This document shows positions 13,874-26,324 of a stretch of DNA of 64,000 nt, piece after piece. This stretch comes from Octopus vulgaris (taxonomy: Eukaryota), in the NCBI GenBank assembly GCA_951406725.2, contig OX597828.1:62001-126000 (forward strand), given 5' to 3'. Positions within the stretch are counted from its first letter, which is position 1. Each line of letters opens with the position of its first letter. The notes beneath the pieces are model-generated. The model saw only the letters and a program-made list of their open reading frames with translations. It had not been told where the DNA came from and ran no database searches. The position numbers and the translations under genes were made by a program.

Positions 13874-13932
13874 ATTCAACCGATGACGGTAAAGCTTATT
13901 TAAAGCAAAACCAGAAATCCTGGATCTTGAAT
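13874..13932 (+). ncRNA. Type I hammerhead-like motif (U4C core), copy 2
   Basis: ATTCAA-CCGATGA-cGGT..gctt..aagc..ACCa-GAAA-TCC(T)GGA-TC-TTGAAT: 6-bp helix I, near-palindromic stem III, predicted cleavage after AUC at 13926. Confidence 0.72.
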
Positions 13933-14722
13933 TATTCAATAACTTTTGCTTGTCTACTTTGTCCCTCTGTCTTATCTCATGGTACGATATGAACATTTAA
14001 CGTGGCTTTTATAGTCAGAGTTTCGACTGCTATTTCGGCATGGTGGTGTCTCTCAGACACCTTCATTTTTAATTGTAAAAAATTATTACCTTTGTACGGT
14101 ATTTTTTCCCTTGCTGGCCACTTGATAATATCGATATTTAAATATCGATATTATCCTCATTTATAAATTTATATATATGTATATATATACGTACATACAT
14201 ACATATATACATTCATACATACACACAAACACGCACACACATGTACAGCTTTCCCCCTTCATATACATACACTACACGTGCTATCAACCACTGGTCAACT
14301 TCATGTAAGAGTACATTAAGGCATGGTGTGTCATGAACAGGAAGTAGAAAATGAGAAGCTGTTTCGTCCTAGAACGACCCTTATATTCTATTCTATTTCA
14401 ATTTGTTTTATTTGCTGGGTTTGAATTAAGGGACAAGGTGCATGGTCTTCACAAACTCTGAAATTGATGTTATTATTTTTCCGGTTGCATCTTTATAGGT
14501 AAAAACATGAGGAGTGGGGTGGATAAAGTTGTGGAGGATCGATGGGAGGAAGTGGTGGGTGTAGAAATGAGTGTGGATCTGAGGAGCAGGACACTGCACA
14601 ACACGAATTATCAGAAGGGAACTTAGAAGTGAACCAAGAGTATCTGAGGGTTAGTGGCACGAGATCAATCAACCCTGAGGAACAGAACCCGTTATAGTAC
14701 CGGTAAAAAAAAAATGACGGAA

Positions 14723-14789
<67 letters not shown>

Positions 14790-14791
<2 letters not shown>

Positions 14792-15050
14792 TCTATGGAG
14801 CAGAATCCGGTGCATATCAGTGAGTGGCTTTCTCTAAATCAGTCGAGTAGCCCTTCTCTGGATGTGATCCAAGATATGAAACATCCGGAGTATCGTCCCA
14901 GATGTGATATTCCATTAAGGCTTTCATCTGAATGTCGATAACTGTTGGAACTTGAAAAGAAAGGTCATTTGGAGAGATCATGAGTGTTTTGGTTGAGTGC
15001 TGCTCATGTTTAGTGGTTGAGTGATACTTGAGTTGAAAGCGGGCGACATT
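14790..15050 (-). pseudogene. Highly decayed CR1/L2-like LINE fragment
   Basis: Across frameshifts: MKALMEYHIWD..ILDHIQRRATRLI, resembling the CR1 RPxLEY..W..LExVQRRATRLI region. Confidence 0.5.
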
Positions 15051-18000
15051 ACACAATGATTTCGAAGTCTCTTTTCATGGAATCAATACAGGTTTGATAT
15101 AGGACGTGAAAGAGTGGATGGTGCATAGTTGGGAAAATCAAGGGAGCATGAAGAGGAATGTTATCTGTGTAAAACGGTGGTGCTAAATGTGACGGCAAAT
15201 AAGTGATTATGTTTAGAGAAAGAGGCCTGGAGGCAAAAACCGAATCTAGACACACACACACACACACCAGAGTTGGTAGGGTGTGAGACAGAAAATGCTC
15301 CGTCAGCACGTTATCCTAATGAAAGCTGATAAGAAGCTTCTTGAATAAGAGACGAAATGACAGATGGAGTCCATAGGCGGAAGATTCCAAAGGCAGACAC
15401 TCACGCCAGACATAAGTGAAAGCTTTCTTGATGAAGATGTTAACATTACTTTTACCAAATTTCCCGAAGATGAGAGTTCATTCGTGACTGAGAAAGGAGA
15501 GTATATTCCCAGTAGATTTGACTTCACACTAGTGACGGTGAAGAGAGAAAAATACCTTAAATTCTATCCGCCCTCATCGTCACCAAAATCTGTTACTCCA
15601 GTAACTTCAATTGGTGCCTGAAACGACGTGAGATATAATTTCTAAATAAAAACCTCAACCCTCATAATCCATTCCAATCCATAAATCATTCAGACCATTG
15701 CACCAAATACATTTTCTCTATATTCTTACGGCAACTCATGAAAACTCCCAACTGCCCTGGCTCAGTACACTCGGTTGAAGCAATGACTTGTCCCATTTAT
15801 TTCACTTTCACATTCTGTAAACCCTTCATATTTACTATCTTAGACAATTGTTCAGCTTCTTCTCTAAACCCCAAATTTGGAACTTCAGACGATGCCATTC
15901 TTAATCGCACAACATCCCTTCCCCCGCTGCCGCCTGAAAAAACCGCAACCGTTCTTTTTGGTTTCTTACCAAAAGTGTTGTTTCTTATTTTAGCACGAAG
16001 CCAGCAATTTTGAGTAGGAAGAAAAGTCAATTCCAACGGCCCCAGTGCTCAGCTGCTACTTATTTCATCGACCCCGAAAGGATGAAAGCCAAATCTCGAT
16101 CTTACTGGAATATAAATTCAGAGCATAAATAACCGGAAGAAATGTCGCGAAGTATTTTGTCCGGTGTGCAAATACTTCAGCCAGGGCGTCACATTTACTT
16201 TGGTTCCTTAGCAAAAGAAGCTCGATCAATTTCACAGTTTCCTTTCTTTCGACATCAATAGTATTTCTACGAGCAACGACACCCCCATCACCCCATCCCT
16301 GCAACCTCCCCCAATCCCCCTATCCCCCATCCCTGCAACCTCCCATCCTTGCTATCCGCTTTACATCCGACTCTTCACTGCACATTCTCGGTCGGTATAT
16401 ATCCTCCAAATGTATCTTTCTCTTACCATGGCTACCACTCTTGAATACATACGGTAAGTGCCAAAATAGCCCCGGTTGCTTTAAATCGACATGGCCACCA
16501 CTCCCGACACTGTCACTTCTATTAAATTACTCTCAAACACTTCGCCTCAAACTTAACCCTTAAACTCACCAAACCCTTTAACTTCTCTGTCTTTGCAGGG
16601 TTACACCCCGATGTTTTGGAAACCCTAATATTGGGTCTTGCTCTCAAGAGGGTTACCCTTTCTGAATTTGTAACTATTGTTGTCTCTACCAAGGGAATTT
16701 CTATGTGGTTGTCAGTAATAGCAACTAAATCTCCCTCCAATTCCTTCGTGCGGTCTTAAAAACAATAATATATTGGAGAACGAAAGTCTGGATTCCTTGC
16801 ACAAATGAAAGACTTTGATGGGCATGGTAGGAACGCCTTGAATTGTAAGTTTGTAAGATTAGGGGAGAGCTGAGATTAAAAACAAGAACAACAACACCAC
16901 CAACACCACCTCTGCCACTTCCATCCTCCATCTCCCCATCACCGCACCACTACCAATAAGAACCTTCTACCACGACTAAATCCACTGATGTGAGCACCAC
17001 ATCTAATATCAACGCCACCGCCAACATTAATACTAGATAAAACAAACATCACCACCGTTACCACTGCGCCACCGCCGCCACCACCACCACCACCACCATC
17101 TCCACCATCATCATAATCATCATTATCACAATCACCACCCCAACACACCACCACAACTGGTACATCCAACACCACGACCACCGCTCCTAACACCAGACAT
17201 CTGCTAACCACCACAACTCCCCACCCCTGTTGGAATGACATTCCTCCCCCCCTCACCGTTTGTACTCTCTGCTTTCACTGCTCCCCAACCCAGCCACACA
17301 ACTACCCAGACACACGACACACAGAAAGGCATACCACCAAACACATCTTGTTAGTCCAGTCTGGCATTCTCCCCCCACACCTACGACATTGCCCAGCAAC
17401 CACCACCATATCTGCGACTACCACCACCACCGCCGCCGCCGTCGCTGTCACCACCACCACCACCACCTTGTTCAAATCCACGCAGATTATCGACTGTAAT
17501 GTGAGGCTTTAGTGTTGAAGGCCCTGTGTATAGGGTCAGCTGGTGTAAGCAGGAAGGCCCCTACTATTCTGGGGGCGAGGGATCAAATACAATGAACGGA
17601 GCAGGGCTCATCTGGGATCAACTCACAGCACGGAATGTCAACAAATCACACGTCACGTCTCCAGCTTTTTAGTTTTGCGCGCGCGTGCGTGCATGTGTGC
17701 GAGTGAGGCTTTAAGAGTGTTTATGTTAGTGTGTCAGTGTGTCGTGTGTGCGTTAGTATATGTTGCACAACCTAACTACTATCACACACACACAAATATA
17801 TGCATGTATATGTATGCGTGTGCTTGTGTGAGTGTGCATACGTAGGTGCGTGTATATAAAGCTGGTTTCAATCATTGGATTGCAGCCATCTTGGGAGACT
17901 TCCTTGAAAGGCCTTAGTCGAACAGTTTAACACATGGTTCCGCGTCGGGTTCTACTGCATGGCACATTGGGCAAGTATCCTCAGGTCGACCAAAGCTTTG

Positions 18001-18396
18001 TGACAGGGATTTGGTAGACAGAAACCGAGAAAAGCACGTTCTATGCACACACACACACACACACATATATATATCAGGTATGTATGTATATGTGTGTGTG
18101 TGTGTGTAGTTGTGAATATATTCTCGACTTGTAATGAGCAATGAGGGGAGAGAGGTGAAGAGCAAGAAGGAAAAGGATGAAGAAAAAGAGGTGTAGTAGA
18201 GGGAGGTGGTGAAGGGAAGGAAGAAATATTTGTTCCCCTTCAAAACCATTCTTAACACCGTCTTTGGTTAGATTTAACACACGTTTCTGCTGTTCAGTTA
18301 TTTTTCATTTTTTCTTTCAAGATGGTGGCAGTGGTAGCGGTGTGATGTTGGAATTATCATTTAGTCTCAGGTCAGCCCTGACAGAGTAGATTTACG

Positions 18397-18469
<73 letters not shown>

Positions 18470-18470
<1 letters not shown>

Positions 18471-18770
18471 AGTTTGCTTCTCAACCACATGGTTCCGGGT
18501 TCAGTCACACAGGTGGCACTTTGGGCGAGTGCCTTCTACTATAGCCTCAGGCTATGAATGGATTTGGTAGACGGAAACTGAAAGAAACCCGTCATATATA
18601 TGTGTGTGTGTCTCTGTGTTTGTCTCTCCCTATCACCGCTTGACAACCTGTAACAGCGGTTCGGTTCGTTTTGATAGAATAAGTACGAGGCTTAAAAGGA
18701 AGAATCGGTTTGTCCGACTAAAAGTCTACAAAGCGGCGCTCCAACATGGCTGAAATAAGTAAAAGATAAA
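18470..18770 (+). mobile_element. SINE family B copy
   Basis: caaccacatggttccgggttcagtc...ctatagcctc...ggatttggtagacggaaactgaaaga matches 39315-39750. Confidence 0.82.
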
Positions 18771-18780
18771 AGATATATGT

Positions 18781-18851
18781 TTAAGTTTAATTTGTCAAAA
18801 TATTTTCGTCGCTAAAATCCGCGACCTGTTCACTGACAAAGTCCGTGCTGC
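18781..18851 (-). mobile_element. 71-bp insertion with 15-bp target-site duplication
   Basis: ATAAAAGATATATGT at 18766-18780 and 18852-18866 flanks the insert exactly. Confidence 0.8.
18791..18840 (-). ncRNA. Minimal type I hammerhead-like motif with G3-C8 swapped core
   Basis: Minus strand: TTTGTCA-GTGAACA-G-GTCGC(ggatttta)GCGAC-GAAA-ATAT-T-T-TGACAAA. 7-bp helix I, 5-bp helix II, palindromic stem III. Confidence 0.72.
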
Positions 18852-19175
18852 ATAAAAGATATATGTATATATAAAAACCTCTCTCTCTCATACAAGAGTT
18901 AAGGAATGGGATGGATAAAATCGGGGCTACATATGTTTCATAGCGAGCAGAACCTCAGAAGTGGTAAATATTCAAGCGAGGTGTGTACTGCAGACTACTC
19001 TTCAGGCCAGGGATATCTTGATTAAATGAAAGTTTACATTGTGGCAAGGTGGTACGTGTTAATGCATGGTGTAAAACAATGTAATCTTCTCTTCAGGGAA
19101 GTGAAGAAATGAAACTCGTCAATCAGACATTTTAACAGAAAATGATGGATGTGTATAGTGATTTATATCATAAAA

Positions 19176-19403
19176 GGCGGCGAGCTGGCAGAATCGTTAG
19201 CACGCCGGGCGAAATGCTTAGCAGTATTTCGTCTGTCGCTATGTTCTGAGTTCAAATTCCGCCGAGGTCGACTTTGCCTTTCATCCTTTCGGGGTCGATT
19301 AAATAAATACCAATTACACACTGGGATCGACATAATCGATTTAGTCCCTTTGTCTGTCTTTGTTTGTCACCTCTATGTTTAGCCCCTTGTGGGCAATAAA
19401 GAA
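19176..19403 (+). mobile_element. SINE family A, full monomer
   Basis: ggcggcgagctggcagaatcg (A-box-like), gagttcaaattcc (B-box-like), Meta-like core and tail gccccttgtgggcaataaagaa. Confidence 0.88.
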
Positions 19404-20019
19404 TTAGATATAACGTCAGAGGCAGCCTATAGAAAGAGGAGGAATAAAGTAAGGAAAAGTTAAATAAATGAGAAGTATATGACTATTTATATTAAATAAA
19501 ACCTTATAAACTAGGAAAATATACATTTTTTTAGCGAATGTTAAATATAAAAAGAAAATTAATGTTTAAATTATATATAAGGATAGAGATTACTTATATG
19601 AACTAAAGGTGTGTTCTTGCCAATGTTTACATCGGTATGCACGCTCTACATGTGTTGGAAAAACCAATCCTAACCGTATGTGAGTTGATAATAGAGTAAT
19701 ACCTATAAGGAAAATTCCAAAACGGGAATTGGTTGGGCAATAAGAAAAGCGAACCAGGTGCCTTATGGTATTTTTACCAGCTTCTTTTCGTTGAAATCAC
19801 GCCATGACCTGCTTGAACGCTTGTCTTAACCCGTTGCTTGGTTTAGCACCGTAACCTAGCAATTAGTGGACCAGGTCTTCGATTTGATGACACCTCTTCG
19901 TCTTTCACCCATCTACCGTGCCAGGGATCCACTAAAGGGTCACAAGAACTTCTTGCCTGATTAAAAGATAAAAAAAAAACGACGATAAAGTGACTGAGTA
20001 GAGCATCCACGTTGGCGCC

Positions 20020-20862
20020 AAGGTAGATGAAAGTATGAGGGTGGTGGTTGTGAGTGAAGGGGCCAAGGATGATGAAGGTATGGTGGTGGTGATGGTTGTG
20101 AGTGAAAGGGCCAAGAGAGATGAAGGTATGAGGGTGGTGGTAGTGGTGGTGCTTGTGAGTGAAGGGGCAAGAGAGATGAAGTTATGAGATGATGGTGATG
20201 GTTGTGAGTGAAGGGGTCAAGGGAGATGAAGGTATGAGAGTGGTGGTGGTTGTGAGTGAAGGGGCCAAGAGAGATGAAGGTATGAGATGATGGTGGTGGT
20301 TGTGAGTGGCCAAGGGAGATGAAAGTATGAGGGTGGTGGAGGTGGTGGTTGTGAGTGAAGGGGCCAAGGGAGATGAAGGTATGAGGGTGGTGGAGGTGGT
20401 GGTTGTGAGTGATGGGGCCAAGGGTGATGAAGGTATGAGGATGGTTGTGAGTGAAGGAGCCAAGGGGGATGAAGGTATTAGATGATGGTGGTGGTTGTGA
20501 GTGAAGGGGGCCAAGGGAGATGAAAGTATGAGGGTGGTGGAGGTGGTGGTTGTGAGTGAAGGGGCCAAGGGTGATGAAGGTATGAGGATGGTTGAGTGAA
20601 GGGGCCAAGGGAGATGAAGGTATGAAGGTTTTGGAGGTGGTGGTTGTGAGTGAAGGAGCCAAGGGAGATGAAGGTATGAGTGGTGGTGATGGTGGTTGTG
20701 AGTGAGGGGACCAAGGGAGATGAAGGTATGAAGGTTTTGGAGGTGGTGGATGTGGGTGAAGGGACCAAGGGAGATGAAGGTATGAGGATGGTGGTGTTAG
20801 TGGTGGTTGTGAGGGAAGGGGCAAGGGAGATGAAGGTATGAGGATGGTGGTCGTGGTGGTGC
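20020..20862. repeat. G-rich minisatellite with variable ~42-60-bp unit
   Basis: About 15 copies of ggtggttgtgagtgaaggggccaagggagatgaaggtatga with a variable (GGT)n spacer. Confidence 0.95.
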
Positions 20863-21460
20863 AAATGTCCCAATACCTTCTGGTGTCTGTGCAAGAGAGA
20901 TGAAATAACATCAAGTCTGTAAAAATCCACTCATAGAATTATTAGCAATCAATCGTTTTACCTATCGATTCAGTATTTAGCAATGATCAATAAGTATGTC
21001 TGTTCGGTTTGCAAGTTTTCTTCGCAACAATGTCATTTGTTTCTCGGTTCGATTTCTACAGTAGCATCGGCCCCATTTTCCGAAGAAGAAATTGGCGAAG
21101 CTATGTACAATCCCTCCAAATGGAGTATTGCCGTTGTTTAGTGAGGCACATAATAGATTGCTTTGGTTTAAAACGGCGCCAAAACCACCAACACTAAAAG
21201 CGTCACCACTGCCGTAACCGTCACCGCCGCCGCCGCCACCACCACCACCACCAACACAAATCCCTACCCTTTGAATCTGTTTACTGGACTCCATTTACAT
21301 GAAAATGTATCATTATGTAAATGTATATTTTTTTATATGTGTAGGAGTGTGAGTATATGCACTCATATGTATATATATATGTTGTATTGTGGGTACGCAC
21401 CCACACCCATGTGGGTATATGTGTAGACTGTGTTATATTATATGTGTAGACTGTGTTATA

Positions 21461-21587
21461 ATCTCCGAAGAGGCCTTGTGATATTTGTCTTAATGTCTCA
21501 TTTATATCTATATATTGACCAACCATAAAGGGCTAATATTGGTAAAATGAGACATAATTATCGACATGGCCGAAACAGCTGTAAGAT
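21461..21587 (+). ncRNA. Type I hammerhead-like motif (U4C core) with extended helix II, in a Penelope-like tail ending at (TA)n near 22004
   Basis: ATCT-CCGAAGA-GGCC...(atgtctcattt/aaatgagacat)...GGCC-GAAAC-AGCT-GTA-AGAT. Palindromic ACAGCTGT; predicted cleavage after GUA at 21583. Confidence 0.75.
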
Positions 21588-22232
21588 CTAATTTATACTT
21601 ATATTTATATTTACTTGTATTTATATTCTTTTTTATATATATTCTAATTATTATACAACATTACTCTTTTATGTACACTTTTTTATGTACACTCCTTTAT
21701 GTACACTGATTTGTTCTGCTTTTTATATTTAACCCTACAGTCTCTTATGTGGTGGTTTAATAAAGTATGTGATTATCTGGTAATTGATATTTGATTTAGA
21801 TGTATTTCTCTATTTTCTTATCTTGTGGTAAATTCTTATCTTTGTGGTAAATCATTTTACCTTTGCCCATATAATACAGTAAATGAATTGATTGCATCGC
21901 AATCATTAACATTTATGTATTAACTTTGTTGGGTACTTCACTAGCAGTATATTGGATATACGTTATCCCATAGAGGTTGCATTTACAACCCCTATCTCAA
22001 TTTGTATATATATATATATATATATATTGAAATGGATAAATGAATTATCTTGTTACGGATTATTCAAAATTTAACCGATACCTGGGTAGCAAAAATCACA
22101 ACAGAAAAAACACGGTTGAGGTTACGACCATGGGGTGTCGCAACCGTGCCTTAGCGCGGATAATTGAAGTTTTATATATTTAGTGAAGGGAAGAAATGGA
22201 GCTGAACGAAGATTCTACAAAATTCCTTTATA

Positions 22233-23405
22233 TCTCTTATTATAAAGGGCAGATTTTATCTGCCTCCCTTTGTAAGTTATAGAAATCTACAATATTGAAT
22301 TTCTTCAATTACAATTTACCTAGCATTTTTAAGAGTAGAATGCATCGGGTTTTGCCAAGTCCAGTTTTTAAAATTTAAACTCCAATTAAGCAAAATTTAC
22401 AGAAAACTCACATTCTGGTGTGTATGTCAAATGCTTTTCTTAGTCTGGTTTACAGCACACGCAAACGCACACACACAGTGTGCAACGAATAAAGTGAAAC
22501 TAGATGTAATATTTGTTTCTGTCTATCACGCTGATAGATACATGAGTAAAATGTATGGCAAGCTAACATATAAGAGTGAGTGAAAATGTTCTTGGAAGAG
22601 AGTAAATAGCGACAGAGTGATTTGAGGAAGACTAAACTGAAAGTATGAAACAGTGTTTATGTATAAACAGACGACACTTATATAAACCCTTTCGTTACCA
22701 AACCGCCGGAATTTACCTATTCATATTTAAATGAGAATATCAGAGTAAATCTCTTTAGTACATTCGTGAAAACACGTATTATACTTCGTAAACACTTCAA
22801 ATACAGTTTTGTACAAAAAATCGAAGTGTAATTTTAATTCCGTGAATTATGGGAGATTTTTTTCCGAAATTTGTTCCTATTGTGTTTTCAAAATTTGTAA
22901 TTCTGACAAAAAATGGATACGAATTTCATTATATCAAGCAGCGAGTCAGAATTCGAAGGATTTTCTACTGAAGACCTTCATAAATCTAACTCTATGACTG
23001 AAAAAAAAAGCATCTTTATATAAGAGTGAAGTTGTGTGTCTGTCTCCTACGATTTAGATTCGTAACTACTCCCACATTTTGCGGTGCAGTTTAACCAAAA
23101 GCAGGTATCTTATAGTCGTGATTCATATCGAGCCCTTCTGGGTATTAGCGCGCGTCTACGATGAGTCTACGATTTTAAAAAAATTACCATCATATTTTTC
23201 CATTTTAATGCATTTTTTTCGCTTTTATATAAGGGAAGTAACTCTCTAAAAATATCTACGATGTGTCAACGATTAAAAAAAAAATTTACCTTAATTTTTT
23301 TTCAATTTTTAATGCATTTATTTGCTATTTTTTGGCTATAACTCTCTAAAATGCTTATATAGTTATTTCCCTTACAACCCGAGCAACGCCGGGCGATACT
23401 GCTAG
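22233..23405 (+). mobile_element. Non-autonomous Helitron, copy 1
   Basis: 5' A|TCTCTTATTATAAA, 3' hairpin cccgagcaacgccggg then CTAG|T, no TSD; second 5'-end-like motif at 23013. Confidence 0.88.
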
Positions 23406-23509
23406 TATATATATATAGGGAGGGAGAGAGAGAGAGAGAGAAAGGTGTCTATCTTCCTATCTATCTAACTATGCGTGTGTGCATGTATATATGTATATAT
23501 ATACTCACA

Positions 23510-24685
23510 TCTCTTATTATAAAAGGCAGATTTTATCTGCCTCCCTTTGTAAGTTATAGAAATCTACAATATAGGATTTCTTCAATTACAATTTACCTAG
23601 CATTTTTAAGAGTAGAATGCATCGGGTTTTGCCAAGTCCAGTTTTTAAAATTTAAACTCCAATTAAGCAAAATTTACAGAAAACTCACATTCTGGTGTGT
23701 ATGTCAAATGCTTTTCTTAGTCTGGTTTACAGCACACGCAAACGCACACACACAGTGTGCAACGAATAAAGTGAAACTAGATGTAATATTTGTTTCTGTC
23801 TATCACGCTGATAGATACATGAGTAAAATGTATGGCAAGCTAACATATAAGAGTGAGTGAAAATGTTCTTGGAAGAGAGTAAATTAGCGACAGAGTGATT
23901 TGAAGAAGACTAAACTGAAAGTATGAAACAGTGTTTATGTATAAACAGACGACACTTATATAAACCCTTTCGTTACCAAACCGCCGGAATTTACCTATTC
24001 ATATTTAAATGAGAATATCAGAGTAAATCTCTTTTGTACATTCGTGAAAACACGTATTATACTTCGTAAACACTTCAAATACAGTTTTGTACAAAAATCG
24101 AAGTGTAATTTTAATTCCGTGAATTATGGGAGATTTTTTTCCGAAATTTGTTCCTATTGTGTTTTCAAAATTTGTAATTCTGACAAAAAATGGATACGAA
24201 TTTCATTATATCAAGCAGCGAGTCAGAATTCGAAGGATTTTCTACTGAAGACCTTCATAAATCTAACTCTATGACTGAAAAAAAAAGCATCTTTATATAA
24301 GAGTGAAGTTGTGTGTCTGTCTCCTACGATTTAGATTCGTAACTACTCCCACATTTTGCGGTGCAGTTTAACCAAAAGCGGGTATCTTATAGTCGTGATT
24401 CATATCGAGCCCTTCTGGGTATTAGCGCGCGTCTACGATGAGTCTACGATTTAAAAAAAATTTACCATCATATTTTTCCATTTTAATGCATTTTTTCGCT
24501 TTTATATAAGGGAAGTAACTCTCTAAAAATATCTACGATGTGTCAACGATTTAAAAAAAAAATTTACCTTAATTTTTTTTTCAATTTTTAATGCATTTAT
24601 TTGCTATTTTTTGGCTATAACTCTCTAAAAATGCTTATATAGTTATTTCCCTTACAACCCGAGCAACGCCGGGCGATACTGCTAG
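23510..24685 (+). mobile_element. Non-autonomous Helitron, copy 2 (near identical to copy 1)
   Basis: Same termini and internal sequence with few differences, 104 bp downstream of copy 1. Confidence 0.88.
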
Positions 24686-25081
24686 TATGTATATATTTGT
24701 ATCTATGCACACACAGTTATATATATATATGTATGTATATATATATGTGTATGTATGTATATATATATATATATGTATATATATGAGTGTATGCACATAT
24801 GTTGGTATATATATGTTTGTATGTATATATATATATACATGCATGTATATTTGTGTGTATGTATATATATATTTGTATGTAAATGTATATGTATATATGT
24901 CTGTATATACATATGTATATATATGTCTGTATATATATCTATGTATATATTTTTGTGCGTATATATATATATGTGTATGTATATATGTATGTATATATAT
25001 ATATGTATGAATATATGTATGTATGTATATGTGTGTATGTATATATGTGTATGTATACACAAATGTATATATGCGTGTATT

Positions 25082-25114
<33 letters not shown>

Positions 25115-25159
25115 ATGTGTGTGTGTGTGTATGTATGTGTGTATGTATATATACATATA

Positions 25160-25594
25160 CTAGGTCTGATCAATAAGTATCCGGACTGTCCCCATAGTAA
25201 CGAAGCTAAAGCACGCAGAGTGAAGCCGCCTAACAAAGAATAGACCTTGACTACTGCTGTTCATGCGCACTAAGTTTTTACATTCTAGCTCACTTCCGCT
25301 CGTTACGGTTCAATTCAGTCCATTATCACTGAAGATTTGGGTATGAGACGCATGTCTGCTAAGTTTGTACCCAATGCTTTCAGCTGACCAAAAGGACACT
25401 CGGGTTTCAGTTGCGCAATATCTCATTGATTGCGTCGAGAACGATGAAAATGGTTTGGAAACTTTGCGGAGGTCTCTGAGCAGGTATCGCCAAGCTTTTG
25501 GCAAAACTTGAGGCAGGTTCTCTGCTCATCTTTCTCTGCCATGGTCAAGGCGACGATCACCCGCTACGGTAAACAGCGGAAGTGATCTAGAATG

Positions 25595-25597
<3 letters not shown>
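25160..25597. mobile_element. Rearranged mariner derivative
   Basis: TIR and 5' region in + orientation, an internal transposase piece, then an inverted segment matching 1385-1535. Confidence 0.8.
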
Positions 25598-25682
<85 letters not shown>

Positions 25683-25699
25683 TGTATGTATGTATATAT

Positions 25700-25985
25700 A
25701 ACGAAATTTTTGTGGAGGTGGCCAGTCGATTAGATCGTCCCCAGTACATAACTGGTACTTAATTTATTGACCTCGAAAGGATGAAAGGCAAAGTCGACCT
25801 CGGCGGAATTTGAACTCAGAACGTAAAAACATACGAAATACCTACTTCTTTATTACCCACAATGGGCTAAACACAGAGAGGACAAACAAGGACAGACAAA
25901 CGGATTAAGTCGATTATATCGCTCCCAGTACGTAACTGGTACTTATTTAATCGACCCCAAAAGGATGAAAGGCAAAGTCGACCTC
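25700..25985 (-). mobile_element. SINE family A, partial tandem form
   Basis: Two Meta-like cores joined by the same tail junction seen at 1840 and 6970. Confidence 0.82.
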
Positions 25986-26324
25986 GCGAGTGTGTACGCG
26001 AGCGCGCATGTATAGCTAGCTAGACAGATATATAGATAAATAAACAAATAAATAGATGTCTATATACATACTTAGAAATGACAGTGGAAGTGGCCTAACG
26101 CCTCTTCACATTCCCATAGACATTCCTCATTGGACTATCGATCGAATAAATATTAATGCTTTCTTCGATGTAACGAGAGTGATGTGACTCAAGCACCACG
26201 TTTCAAGTCAAACGACTTCCTTGCCTAAAATTTTTTAAGTACATTTTGCAAGTCGGTCATAAAAGACTATGGCTGGAAATATTTCTTCATGTTATATGAA
26301 TGTACATATATGTATGTAAATATC

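Larger units (their letters stand above)
13061..14175. mobile_element. Penelope-like/retrozyme-like element: 485-bp unit in partial tandem plus inverted partial tandem
   Basis: 13061-13545 is followed by a repeat of its first 115 bp (13546-13660). 13660-14175 is an inverted, circularly permuted ~1.06 copy. TA-rich microsatellite on both sides. Confidence 0.85.

Noticed and set aside
14350-14385. GTC..GAC-GAAAC-AGCT on the minus strand
   Set aside because: No upstream core sequence.
14576-14613. CTGAGGA-GCAG(gaca)CTGC hammerhead-like start
   Set aside because: Followed by ACAAC instead of GAAAC and no stem III; plausibly chance.
15303-16036. Non-repetitive-looking short ORFs on both strands
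   Set aside because: No recognisable domain or splice structure. Possibly a decayed LINE ORF1, but unsupported.
19176-19265. tRNA-like A/B boxes
   Set aside because: These are SINE heads and do not form a complete cloverleaf; no true tRNA gene is called.
19961-20930. 317-aa Pro/His/Ser/Thr-rich ORF and overlapping ORFs; also considered as a CRISPR-like array
   Set aside because: A minisatellite with shifting frames. Spacers are only GGT length variants, there are no cas genes, and the context is eukaryotic.
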